Below, piece by piece: positions 38,730 through 54,362 of a stretch of DNA of 64,000 bases (position 1 is the stretch's first letter; each line of letters starts with the position of its first letter). The stretch is from positions 25,482,001 through 25,546,000 of the forward strand of contig OX597833.1 of NCBI GenBank assembly GCA_951406725.2, written 5' to 3'. The notes below the pieces were generated by a model. That model was not told the origin of the DNA, did no database searches, and saw only the letters and a program-made list of their open reading frames with translations. The stretch is from Octopus vulgaris (lineage: Eukaryota). The position numbers and the translations under genes were made by a program.

Positions 38730-38981
38730 TTTTATTCTTGTATTTGTCTCACTCATTTGACTGCGGCTGTGCTGGAGCACCGCTTTTAGTTGAACAAATC
38801 GACCCCAGGACTTATTTTTATAAGGCTAGTACTTATGCTCTCGGTCTCTTTTGCAGATTTGCTATGTTACAGGGACATAAACACACTGACATCTGTTGTC
38901 AAGTAATGTTTGGTGGAGTACAAACACGGACATACAAGCATACACACACACATACACACACACTCATATATATATCTATAA

Positions 38982-39063
<82 letters not shown>

Positions 39064-39230
39064 ATACGACGGGGTTCTTTCAGTTTCCGTCTACCTAATC
39101 CACTCACAAGGCTTTGGTCGGCCCGAGGCTATGGTAGAAGATACTTGCCCAAGGTGTCACGCAATGGGACTGAACCCGAAACTATGTGTTTGGTAAGCAA
39201 GCAACGCAACACACAGCCACTCCGGCGCCT
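38730..39230 (-). mobile_element. Full bipartite OR2-like SINE
   Basis: 3' module ~38730-38935, (TATC)n spacer, 5' module ~39065-39230. Confidence 0.88.
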
Positions 39231-39256
39231 ATTAGTATGCACACATACATACATGC

Positions 39257-39298
<42 letters not shown>

Positions 39299-39339
39299 TT
39301 ATATATATGTATATATATATGTATGTGTGTGTATATATT

Positions 39340-39540
39340 TGTGTGTCTGTGTTTGTCCCCCGCCAACATCGCTTGACAGCCGATGGTGGTGTGTTTACCT
39401 CCTCGTTACTTAACCGTTCGGCGAAAGTTCAATAGAATAAATACCAGTCTTAACAAAAAATAAGTCGGTTGACTAAAAGTTCTGCAAGGCGGTGCCCCAG
39501 CATGGTCGTAGTCTACTGACTGAAACAAGTAACAGATAAA

Positions 39541-39545
<5 letters not shown>
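39340..39545 (+). mobile_element. OR2-like SINE 3' module
   Basis: tgtgtttgtccccc..catcgcttgacagccgatggtggtgtgtttac...ggcggtgccccagcatgg...gactgaaacaagt. Confidence 0.85.
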
Positions 39546-39598
<53 letters not shown>

Positions 39599-39754
39599 GG
39601 GTGAGTGGACATACGAAACAAAGAAACACTGAATACATTTATTATGTAAAACCGTTTGATTCGGCCCTATGCAACTTGAAGTTTTTATCTCTTGTTAGAG
39701 GAGTCTTTGCATAACAGATTCCCAAACATAGTAGCAGGAAATAGTAATAGTTTG

Positions 39755-40350
39755 CCGTGGTTATGATTACAGAAAGGAAGGCTGAAAAGTGAGTCAGAAT
39801 GTTTGTTAGTATTTGTAGGTTATGTAAATCAAAGGAGAAACGTTTTTACTCGTATAGTTAGTGAATGTATAACGCTGGCACAGAAAGAATACAAGAAAAG
39901 ACATGACAACCTAGGGTGAAAAATTCACAGAGATCTATGCAGGAATCTAGGATTTGACCATACTGATAAATTGTATGGACATGACACTAGTAAAGTACAA
40001 GAAAGTAAGAAATAAAGATGTGGGATTTTAACATTCAAATTATCAGAGTTATAGAAGCTAGAGGCCTCGTTTAGAAGTATTAGACAAAGAGAATAGGAAG
40101 TGCCTGATAATTGACTTAATAGTCCCAAATGATGAGCAAGTCAATATGAGAGGTATAGAGAAAATAGCAACGTATCCGCACCTAAGCATTGAGCTAAATA
40201 TGCTATTGAAATTGCTGGTAAAATGTTTCCCTAATGTTAGAAGCGCATTAGGAACTATTAATAAACATTTGATTAGATAGATAGGGTAAACATTCATAAA
40301 AAATCATGTGTAGCTCCAGAAAACAGAATCATTAAAGACAGCATTTAAGC
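39755..40350 (+). mobile_element. R4/Dong-type LINE 3' fragment (CCHC knuckle plus RLE)
   Basis: KGRLKSESE, CRLCKS, IVSECITLAQKEYKKRHDNLG*KIHRDLC, WDFNIQ, RKCLIIDLIVPNDEQV, with stops and frameshifts. Confidence 0.85.
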
Positions 40351-40674
40351 ATACATATTGTAGCCTGATGTTCGTAATTTTTTTCCAGTAGTCTAATCGG
40401 AACAGTAAAAAGAATTATATTCCTTCGATCAAAAGATACATTTGCCTAGTCCCAGGTGAACTCAAAATTATCAATTTCCTCATAGTAACTTCATAGCAAT
40501 TTACATACCTGGATACAAATTACATACCCCCATCTTCCACAAATAGATGCGGCATCTATTATATTTGAAGTTGTCTTTTCTTTTTAAGCTTTTCCTCTTT
40601 TCTTTTATTAAAGCCTCTCCTTCAAACACTATACATCGAAATAGACAGGAGTGATCAAGAATAATATAGGCTTA

Positions 40675-40845
40675 ATACTAAAGGCACAAGGGCTGAAATT
40701 TAGTGATGAGGGGACTGGTCGATTACATCGGCTCTACTCTCTCACGGTTGCTTAATTTATCAATCCCGAAAGAATGAAAGGCAAAGTCGATCTCGATGTT
40801 ATTTGAACTCAGAACGGAAAGAGGGACGAAATGCCGCTAATAATG

Positions 40846-40940
<95 letters not shown>

Positions 40941-41080
40941 GTAAGAGTTAATAGATTATGTCGACTCTAATAAGCGACTGATATAATATTTTATTGACCT
41001 ACTACTTATAAATGGCAAAGTCGACTTGGTATAGACTTGAACTCATTTCATAAAGGATTATAACTAAATAGCGGAACAAT
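40675..41080 (-). mobile_element. Two Meta-core SINE copies separated by (AAT)n at 40838-40937
   Basis: ggcacaagg...gaatgaaaggcaaagtcga...tttgaactcagaac; second copy degenerate. Confidence 0.75.
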
Positions 41081-41719
41081 GTTTGGATTTGTTTTGTTTT
41101 TGTCTTTATCTCTTCCAGGCTGGCGCTCTGGTGATTAGGCCAATCGAGCGCCTCGTTATCGAAAGAAAAATAAAACACTTCCAAATGATTGTAAAATATA
41201 ATGTACAAGTTGTCAGGCAGAAAAGAAATAAAATAAACACAGAATCAGCAGGAAACAGTTCAACCAGTGAGAACCAGTTTATTAATTAAAAAGAAAGAAA
41301 AAGAATCAAAACCAAAAAAAAAAAACCTAAGAAATGAATAGAATTTAGTAAAAAAGAAAAAAAACAATCAAAAAGAAAGGGAAGCAAAGAAAATTATTTT
41401 CACGCTGTATTTCTAGGCTGATGAATAATTAATCTTTGATAAAATAGGCTTTGACAATATGAAATATCATCACAAAGATGGCAGAATCATCATCTCCGTA
41501 TTGAAGTGATCATGTGAGAATTGCAGAAACAACAACAAAAAACAACAAAAGAAAAATCAAAAGTTGTTGAACAAATAGAAGTTAATAAGTAATAATACAC
41601 ACACACACACACTTCTAATTGAATTCTTCGAAAGTTCACGCCTACGTAGATGTATATAACTATAAAACTATATATGTACATATATAGATGGCTAAATAGA
41701 TATAAACAAGCGTATATAT

Positions 41720-41780
41720 ATGTATGTATGAATGTATGTATGTATGTATGTATGTATGTATGTATGTATGTATCTTTCTT

Positions 41781-41878
<98 letters not shown>

Positions 41879-41921
41879 ACATATATATAACTGTGTGTGT
41901 ATATATTTATGCTTATTTGTA

Positions 41922-42013
<92 letters not shown>

Positions 42014-42020
42014 AAAAGAA
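41720..42020. repeat. Compound (TATG)n/(TATC)n/(TA)n/(GA)n
   Basis: Direct reading. Confidence 0.95.
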
Positions 42021-42838
42021 AGAGTATGATGTCTATATACTATTTTATTTTCCAAGTGTGTTCGTGTTAATGAGAAAAATAAGAAAAAGCTCTTTTTTTT
42101 CAACTATTTGTCAATTTTATTGCATCAATTACGTCAAGCTAGATTAAAAATAAGGAGTAAATGTAGTATAAGGAGGAGAAAGAATGGGGCAGAAGGTGGA
42201 GAAACATAAAGAAGAAAACCTGGTGGTTGATCAAGAGGATGCGATACTAAATAGGTGGGGTATAAAATGATTGGAACTGGGAGAGAATGCGAGTTATATG
42301 GGATCATTTATTTGTGTAACCTCTTCGATATTGTCTTTTATAGATTAGACATAGCAGTCTTTATTAATATTTTTCTTCTATTAGCACGGGGGCTGATTTA
42401 ATTTTTTTGTGGTGCCGGTGGTGGTGATGGTGGGGTCTAGTCGATTGCATCTACTCCACGACGTTGAAAGGATGAAAGCCAAAATCGACTTCAGTATAAT
42501 TTGAACTGATAGTGCGAAACCGGGAGAAATGCCGCTAAGCATTTAGCCCGACATGCTAACTTCTCTCTTTTTGTCATACTCAGCATAACTAAAGTTACGC
42601 GTGTGTGTGTGTGTGTGTAAAGGGCGTATTTGGGTACTGACGCACCTAATGATTTACATTATTGCATGTTTTGTTCCTATCGTTCTTATTGTTTTCCCTC
42701 TTTTTCTTAATTTCTCCCTGTCTGTAGCTATAACTTTGCAACAAAATCTGTCCCTTGCTTTAACGTACAGGCATTTTCAATACGTTGTATTAAATCCGAG
42801 CGAAACAGAGTACATTTAACAAGATACCTCTTATCACA

Positions 42839-42942
42839 TCACCCGAGGAGACGCTTCTGTATGGAAGTATACACCACAACTAGTTGCATAGTTTTTCACC
42901 CGCGTGGGATCGATGCATGATGTGTCGAAACGATCATTGTGA
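42839..42942 (+). ncRNA. Degenerate type I hammerhead ribozyme with extended stem II
   Basis: tcac-CCGAGGA-gacgc...gtgtc-GAAA-cgatca-tt-gtga, with aataaa just downstream; the core has U4>C and stem III has one mismatch. Confidence 0.4.
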
Positions 42943-43013
42943 GCAATAAAGTTTTCCCGTGTATTCCATTTTCCCGTCTCCTATCGTTTGTTATATATAT
43001 ATTTATATATACA

Positions 43014-43845
43014 CTACTTGACGTACTCGGTTAATTCCCGGGTAAGCGAATTCCGTTCTCATAATCGTTTCGTTAATCCAGTAACAACAAAACAAAGCAT
43101 ATAGCCCTTAAAATAGTTTTTGTACATTTACAGAGAATACCGGACTGTCTTACACAGGATCTTGTGTTTAGGAAGTTCCAATAAATTATGAATTCACAAA
43201 TTGTGAAGTCAGTTATTTAATAACATGAAATTAGTTACCCGATAGAAAGAATTCAAATAAAGTAGCCCCGGAAAGGGCTTTAATGAATCCCAGAGTAAAT
43301 AGAACTTGGGAGGAAATACTAATAAGCTATGTATACTAAAATCGTGAAGCATGTTATGTAATAACAGGCTAATCAGATATGAGATAATAACAATTCAAAG
43401 TAAATAACTCTGAAAGGACTTTAGTGCGTTCCCAGAGAATATTTCCTTCAGGGGCCCGTGTATTGGTATATTCGTGAATAAGTAACTAACTGAAATAAGT
43501 GGATCTATTGTTTAGGAAAATACTATTTACTTATTTAAGGGTTGTACTGGATAAATTTCGAAAATAACACTAACAGTTCAAATAATAAGAAATAAGCATA
43601 CTCAGTTTGACTTATACCAAATAATTTAGGACAAAGAATTGGTTATTTCCCTTGGCTATATAGAAGGATCCCTTTCAGGAGCCCTGTTATCGATATTTTC
43701 AGCAATCTGAGTACGCCATGAGGTTTCCAGACATGTGTTCTACTCAAGTGTCAAGTTTCATATAAATCGATAAAACGATGTAGGAGGCGTTAGCTAACAA
43801 CTGCAGAAGCACACCCACAGACAGAATTTCCCACGTATGTAGTAT
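43014..43845 (-). mobile_element. Probable non-autonomous Helitron/HINE-like element
   Basis: Minus-strand 3' end has a hairpin tacccgg/ccgagta followed by gtag-t (CTRR-like); the other end has aagtttcat..aatcg and acagacaga motifs typical of Lep1/DINE-like elements. Confidence 0.45.
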
Positions 43846-43872
43846 ATATATTTATAAAATACATTATATACA

Positions 43873-44935
43873 CAAATGGTGCGGTGAATATATTGTCGTC
43901 TAAGGCGGCGACCTGCCTAAAACGTTAGCACACCGGGCGAAATCATTCGTGGTATTTCGTCTGTCTTTACGTCCTGAGTTCAAATTCTGCCGAGGTCGAC
44001 TTCGCTTTTCATCCTTTCAGGGTGGATAAATTAAGTACCAGTTGCGTACTGGGGTTGATCTTATCGACTGGCCCCTCCCCCAAAATTTCGGGCCTTGTGC
44101 CTAGAGTAGAAAAGAATATATTGTCTAAATTACGCAAAATGACAATAACACTGACATCTAATTTTAACTGATATATTTTCCAAAATTACATTAAGATATC
44201 TTGAAATACTAAAGAGTATATATATTCAATAAAATCACCATTGGCTTCAACCATGTCGCCCAGATAAATTCGAAGTCTGCAACTCTTCTTGTCAGTCTCC
44301 TTGTTTAAGTTGGTAAAAGCTGCCATAACTCTTGCTTTCAGTTCATCTTTGGTGTTACAAGGAGTTTTGTTGGTTTCTCGATCAACTGCGCCCCACACAT
44401 AATAATCAAGGGAATTGCAGTCTGGTGAGTTGGTTAGGTGGCCAGATGTTAGGGGTGGTGTAGTCGCAGAAATTGCCTGACAGCCACGACTGGGTTCTCA
44501 TGTTTGTGTGACATAGGGTTTTCCAGCAGTTACCATCTTGAGACAGGGCAACAATAGCTCCTCCGGTAATGTGTTGAGTGTGACGCCGTGTGGAAGATGA
44601 ATGGAGGCATAACGTCGCCATCACTAGCAATCATTCCAAATACCACGATGTTGACAGAATCTTTGACTTTTATCACACTTAGTTCATGCACTGACCTCAG
44701 ATTTACACCCAAACACTCTGAAATATTTCTGTTGGAGCTTCCGGCGCGAATGCCAAGTAGTACCATATGTCATTTCCAAATTTCTGGCAGACTGAATTAA
44801 GTCATAGTGCTGTCATTCTCACAGACGGTGCCTTGCTAACCCTACTGCACTGTGTTGTCATAAAAATCCAAAACAAACAATGCACATCCGCGAAATAAAA
44901 ACTAAAAATGGCTACAATTTATCCATCGCAATCTG
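43873..44935 (-). mobile_element. Second internally deleted DD37D (maT) element
   Basis: Homologous to 10842-11649 along its length; GIRAGSSNRNISECLGVNL, FGMIASDGDVMPPFIF, TQSWLSGNFCDYTTPNIWPPN, WGAVDRETNKTPCNTKDELKARVMAAF. Confidence 0.85.
43904..44113 (+). mobile_element. Complete Meta/MESC-core SINE nested in the maT element
   Basis: Full head, core and tail; TSD gaatatattgtcgtctaa / gaatatattgtctaa (3-bp deletion in the right copy). Confidence 0.92.
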
Positions 44936-45112
44936 TAAATATATTGAATAAAGTGGCTACTTCTAAAATCTCTAAACGAGATATAAGTAGTGACAATATT
45001 AGACGGTAACGTATTTTTATGACACTATGTCATGGTTGTTCTATAAAGAACAATGTTATTATATTTTGACCCCAGGAAAACTTCTTTTCCAGCTGGTCAA
45101 TGACACACAAAC

Positions 45113-47235
<2,123 letters not shown>

Positions 47236-47511
47236 ACGTGTCCACGTCTTTGTAAGTTTCCCGTATATTTCTCTATCATCTTTGCCCACATCTTCAGTGT
47301 GATTTTCCTTGTGCTCTATTTCGTCCTACTATGCAAATTTTACTCTCACCGTCACTTGTCTTTCTGTCCAAAATGCTATACATATACATGCATACATATA
47401 TATATATATATATATATATACCCTCTTCTACAGAAAGGTACACAGAAACAAACAAGGAGAGAAAAATATGTGTGTAGTGGCTACCGATCTATCATGCCGA
47501 CTGTATATATG

Positions 47512-47565
<54 letters not shown>

Positions 47566-48180
47566 TTTGGACACACCCGTGTTGAGTATTATACATTGTA
47601 TAGTGTCTAAATCGAAGCATAGCAAACAATGCGCTCATTAAATAAGCTAAAATATTCAGAGATGCGACACAAATCTACATCATGAATATACAACTGATCT
47701 TGAGAGTTGCGTAAATTTACACAAAAGAAAGCAATATATGGGTACCATTACATTTTCGTATCTCTCTGTGTATGTGTACGTGGTTATATTTCTATGTGTG
47801 TTTCTTAATACATATACATACACACACATAAATATGTAAATATATAATGTAAAGATATATATACACATATATGTATATGTATACAATATACATCTCTATA
47901 TACATCATATATATATAGACAGAAAAATCAATGTTTCGTAGAATTGAATATTTATCTCCTAAATTCTCAGATTCTTCGCAGGTTTGCCAAGTGAAAATTC
48001 CCTGAATGATTATTTGAAAGCAGTCCTTGAAATTTCCAAATGTGTGTCGTTGCCGTCGACTCATTCTCCTACTCCTGCTGCAGCTGTTCCTCTCTCCTCG
48101 GCCTCCTCCCCCCCTCTTGCTTCTAATTCTCCTTCCCCCTCCTCCTTCTCCTCTTCCTCCTCATCGATATATGCATATGC

Positions 48181-48213
<33 letters not shown>

Positions 48214-48296
48214 CACATACATTTGGCTTAGTTACTGCGAGTTTAATAGTTGAATGCCTTTAGTAACACCATATAGCTTCATGCGAGCCTCGAATA

Positions 48297-48354
<58 letters not shown>

Positions 48355-48364
48355 ATTGTCTGTT

Positions 48365-48470
48365 TTTTTATTCTTTTACTTGTTTCTGTCATTTGACTGC
48401 GGCCCTGCTGAAGCACCGCCTTTACTCGAACAAATCGACCCCAGGACTTATTCTTTGTAAGCCTAGTACG
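48365..48470 (-). mobile_element. OR2-like SINE 3' module fragment
   Basis: cttttacttgtttctgtcatttgactgcggcc...gaccccaggacttattctttgtaagcctagtac. Confidence 0.85.
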
Positions 48471-48495
48471 CTTTCATACACTCGCATCACACACA

Positions 48496-48572
<77 letters not shown>

Positions 48573-48595
48573 AGATACACATATATACATATACA

Positions 48596-48656
<61 letters not shown>

Positions 48657-48664
48657 TATATGTA

Positions 48665-48965
48665 GAAAAATACAAACTGGGACAAGAACGTAAAACATTT
48701 AGAAGACGATACAAAAAACACGGATGGGACATTCGAAGCCTTCAATCTTCATTCAAGAATCGGATTATCCTAGCAATTTCGGCTGATTAATCTTGAGATC
48801 ACTCCGATCCGGACAGCTCCAAGGATACGAGCATTAGATTTCTTGGAAAAAGGATCGAATGTATACGAAACAGGGACAGAAAAACGGACGATGCCACACG
48901 AATATAAAATAAAAAATACAATAATAGTAAAAATAGGACAAAAACAGCGGGTGTCTTACGACTAA
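48665..48965 (-). mobile_element. Third copy of the 10575-10820 repeat family
   Basis: tgggacaagaacg...cattcgaagccttcaatcttca..aatttcggctgattaatcttgagat...gagcattagattt. Confidence 0.7.
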
Positions 48966-49723
48966 TAGACAGTACAACATAGTTTAGTTGGCGTATATAT
49001 ATACGCATAAATACAAGCAAAAGCACACACATTTATCATCGCCTGCACAGATTTCAATTTCAGCAATGCTGTATGTTTGAGTTTGCTTTCAGATCGAATA
49101 CTGGAAGTCAGCGTTAAAAAAGTGTCATTCGTTTTAACCAGTCGTATATATATGTAATTTCATTGTTTTACAAGCTCAGTATCTGCCGACTCCATAGCTC
49201 TAGACAAATTGACCTTCCAAACGTACGAAGGAGCCAACTATATGTGCACAAATATATGTGATGTGTATATTCTTTTTGAAATACTTTATAACGATCATTG
49301 GCTCTGAAATTGCTAATCACTCGTGTTATTTTCCACTAAACGACTAAGTACCACTATAATTCTGAAAGGATTAGTTGTCTATGAATGTTTTGCTGCGTAT
49401 CAATATTTTTTCCTTTTGTTTCTTAATGTCTTGAATTGTTAACGAAACTATGATATATTTTTCATCAGTAGTATTCCGGTAGTCCTCCAATTTCACATCT
49501 TGTTTAATTCAAATTTAGGCCGCTAGGTGTTAATCTCAATATAACACTTCTTCCACATTTCTTGAATGGTAAATAGATAAAAATAGATGCGAAACACACG
49601 GACATCGGCTACTCTTCTATTCTACTTGAATAGAAATATTGCGCTACGACGGCGTAGAATGAAGCATTGAAAGTACCAGACAATGATTTACCTGAGTAAT
49701 AGCTATCAAATTAATCGAACTAT

Positions 49724-49990
<267 letters not shown>

Positions 49991-50617
49991 ATGCATAACT
50001 ATATTTCTTGTTAACCTAATAAATGGTGCACGGTAACAGAATTTTCGACACGTGAAACATAACAATCTACTTCAAATCGCTATTAGGTCATCGTATGTAG
50101 AGTCATGATAGGTGAGTTTGTACTGGCACCGAGTCGTTTGAATAGCAATAATGAAATCAAATCAAATAGCGATATTTTGAAATCTTTTAATACGTTCGTT
50201 TTAGGTTTACGTAATATATGACAGCAAATTCCTCCATTACGTTTAAGTAATTTAAAATTCAAGGAAAGTAATTAAAAAATTTCAATATTTATGTAGTCAG
50301 AGAAGTAAATTAGCTACTAAGTCAGGAGAATCGAGAGAATGACAGGAAACACAAAGAGAAAGAGAAAGAGAGAGAGGGGGAGAAAGGAAGAAAAGGAGAG
50401 AAGGAAGTGTAAAATGAAATTCTAGGGATATGAAGAAATGATGTCCAAGGGACTTTTTAAATTCGTACATCAATTTCTTCCTATTTTAAATCGTTTTGTC
50501 TGAGAAAAGTTTACATAACGTATGCATTTCTCATTATATATTACACAAACCAGAAACGTACGTATTAAATTAGTTCCTCAATATTTGGTTGGCTTCATTA
50601 TTACAGCCTATACATGT

Positions 50618-50656
<39 letters not shown>

Positions 50657-51299
50657 TGTGTGTGTGTCTGTGTGTGCGTGTCTCTAAGTTTATACTTGAC
50701 AACTTTCCGTATGGTTTCTGTCTACCATACTTCATTCACAAATCATTGGTCTCGGCCTAAGTTGTTCGTTTATTTATTATTATTTTTTTTAAGAAAAGCA
50801 CCAGCCGAAACTTGCCGTGTAGTACGGTGTAGACCGATATCACATTATAGCGAAGCGAGCTAGTTAACACCACAACCATGCCTGCCTCCTGGTTGATAAA
50901 TCCTCTTTCAAAATCACTCAATGAAGAACGATATATTTGCTGTTTGTAAGCTACACGGACTTTTCAATCAATGTAGAAATTCTGCCATTATTCGGTTCGA
51001 TTAATAATAGTGTTCTATTTTCAGTATGAGAAAAAATAACAAAATATGAATATACATATACATCATAAAAAATGTATAGTTTTGTGTATGTATATTATTT
51101 TTACAGATTATTCCTAAGAGGTCTTTTACACTTTCTGATTCGAGATTGTTATTGTTTTTGTTTTGTTTATTGTTTTCGTATATTTTTACAATAACACCCA
51201 TTCCCCGACTTTAATTGCATTTTTCTTAAAGAACAGAAAATTCGATATTAAATACATATACTTAGAGATGTACAATTACACGCCTTCCATAACACATAT

Positions 51300-51362
51300 A
51301 GACACATATGTTACTGAGTAAACACACACATACGCACACATACACATACGCGCGTGCATATG

Positions 51363-51457
<95 letters not shown>

Positions 51458-51960
51458 GCATATATGTATGTGTGCGTTTGAAAATTCATATACATATACA
51501 CGTACATACAGAGATATATGCATAGCCAGTTATTTATATATAAACATGTGTATACACACACACACACATATATATAATGTGTATAAATATAAATATATAT
51601 ACTTATATATACATATACACTTACTTATATACACGCACAAATAAGCACATATACATAAATATATATACACATATATACACAGATATAAACACACACGTAC
51701 ATATGTACGTATGTATATTTGTATCTACCTAACTATCCATCTATCTATCTATCTATCTGTCTATATATATATATATATGTATATGTATATATATATACAT
51801 ATATATATATATACATATATATATACACATATATATATACATACATATACATATATGCATGTATATATATATACACATATATATATACACATATATGTAT
51901 ATACATACATACATATACATACCTACATATATATATATATATACATATATGATACATGTG
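51300..51960. repeat. Degenerate (TA/CA)n low-complexity region
   Basis: Direct reading. Confidence 0.93.
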
Positions 51961-53388
51961 TATGTGCGTGTTTGGATAAGTGTGTACGTATATTGGTGCG
52001 CATATATAGATATTATAATGTGTAAGTGTATGTCTGTGTAAGCTTGTTCTTGGTAACGTGTTTGTATTTTTGGAAAATATTCAAAACACTAGCCAGGCAG
52101 CAATAAAAACTTTCTAATATATAATAAAAGAAGTAAAAAATACACCCACACTTCATAAATAATAGTTATTGTTCATGTTTGTATTATGTCTTATATATAT
52201 TTTATTTGTTGTTTTCGTGTGTTTTATGTTCTTGTATTTGTGGCTATGTTATTTGTAATAATTGTATTCCTCTGAGAATCATACAATTAAACTGGCTGTA
52301 ATCAAAATATTTTTTACGCTGTTGGTGTTCCATACTTACTAAGACGTTTGCGCCATGTTTTAGTTTGTTTCAAATTTATTTCGTTTATTTTACATTATAT
52401 CGTTTTATTGTATCTTTATATATAATTTTTCTTGTTGTTTAGAATTTAGTTTTGGATTGGAACAAAGGCGATTAAATTACTTAGGGAGGAGGGCGTGAAT
52501 GTTTAACTACGTATTTCTGATTGCTCTTTATTTGGTGGATTTGCTGAATCGATCGAGCATCGGTCTCAGAACGTATATATAGCCGTAACAAATGACTGTA
52601 TCATTTAGTAATTTAAGGCTGTTTACGTCCTGAGTTCGAACCCTACCGAATTCAACTTCGCTTTGCGTCTTTCCTGGGTCAATAAAATAAAATACTGATG
52701 CGATTTTATTTAATAATAGTATAAAACAGCCGAAAAATTAAGGAAATTATCATAGAGAACAAGATTTGACAAGTCACACACGAGTTCGTCATTGGTGGAG
52801 CAATAAGTTTATGATGAGAATAGATACTATAAACCATTTAATACAGCGTCCTGCAGAGACTACACCTCCATCAACTTATAAATGGTCAATAATAAGAATC
52901 GACCTGTTAAATATAGCAACCAAATTACCCTAAGACTTTAACCTATTTAGTGAGAGAGAGTTTGTGTAATATACTCTTAGAAAATGGCAGAGACATAGAC
53001 GGGCGAGTCAAGGGTAGATTTACATGGAAGCCTACTTTATCAAGCCTGGCCTGGAGCTAAACAAGAACTGCAACGTCAGCAAAAGCAACTATCAACAATA
53101 CAATGGTACAACGGTCATGAAACATGCAGAACCCGTATCCCGTAGAATATGAGATATAATCGTACAATGTTTAGTTTCTGTAGATTACTGATTCTAGATC
53201 TAAATAATTGGAACACGTAGAATATTGCGAAATCAGTCGTGTTCTTAGTAAATTTTGAAACAGAAAGTGTACCTATTTTTACCTTAGATTTTAAAATTTT
53301 AGTTTAAGAGCTTAGAAAATCCTGCTTCAAAACAGTATTCAGATATGCAATATAATAATTTTCCATAAGTTTAATTTTCTTTTTTAAC

Positions 53389-53508
53389 CTTGAGCTTTTT
53401 TCGTATTTTGAGCTTTTTTCCATATTGAAGGAGCCAGAAGTTTCTGGTCCGGCTTGAAGTTTAGAAGATTGAGAAATTTTGTGCTGTAAGTATTGTAAGC
53501 CAAATTAA
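53389..53508 (-). CDS. Candidate internal coding exon (120 nt, phase 1-1), product unknown
   Basis: Acceptor tttattttttgtttgtcAG; weak donor CAAG|gttaaa; open frame NLAYNTYSTKFLNLLNFKPDQKLLAPSIWKKAQNTKKAQ. No recognisable homology. Confidence 0.2.
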
Positions 53509-53596
53509 CTGACAAACAAAAAATAAATTGTACATTTCTCATCAGTGAATTCAACATTTGTTTAACAATGGTGATTGTCATAATCACTTGCTTATG

Positions 53597-53643
<47 letters not shown>

Positions 53644-53663
53644 CTAAATAATAATAATAATAA

Positions 53664-53702
<39 letters not shown>

Positions 53703-53999
53703 TAAAGTTAGGGAATGGAGGAGATAAGATCCAGGTTACATGTTTCATACCTAGCGGAACATCAGAAGTAGTAAATTACCCAAACGAGCGGTAGACCGCA
53801 AGCTACTCTTCAGGCCAAGGATACTTTAATTATATGAAGTTTACGTTGTCATTAGGAGATTCCGTAATAACTCGTAGGAATTTCGATCGAAATATATATA
53901 TACTATTTCAGACACCTTGATTCGGCTCCATGCAACTTAATGTTTCGCGTTCCTCTAACAGAAGCTCATCTCTTTCAGTTTTAGATTAAATATATAAGT

Positions 54000-54245
54000 G
54001 GAGGGGCGTGCTCAGTGATTAGGGGTATTCGGCTCACTATCGAAAGGTCATGAGTTCAACACCCAGTGGCATGCTTTTTACCTGTACAGGACACTTTGTT
54101 TCACGTTGCTCCAGCCCACTCAGCCGGCAAATATGAGTAGTTCCTGTATTTCAAAGGGCCAGCCGTGTCATATTTTGTGTCACTCTGAATCTCCCTGAGA
54201 ATTACGTTAATGGTACGCATGCTGTGGAGTACTCAACCTCTTGCA
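54000..54245 (+). mobile_element. Third tRNA-derived SINE family (CORE-like)
   Basis: tRNA-like head gctcagtgattagg...gagttcaacaccc; body tttcacgttgctccagcccactcagc. A minus-strand fragment of the same family lies at ~24372-24425. Confidence 0.7.
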
Positions 54246-54362
54246 CTTGGTCGACCGGACGTTATGGTCGATGATATTTGCCCAAGATACCACGCAGTGG
54301 GACTGATCCCAGAACCATATGGTCGTGAAGGAAACTTCTTACTACCCATCCATGCCTGCGCC
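54245..54362 (-). mobile_element. OR2-like SINE 5' fragment
   Basis: ttgcccaag..ccacgcagtgggactga..ccagaaccat..catgcctgcgcc. Confidence 0.75.
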
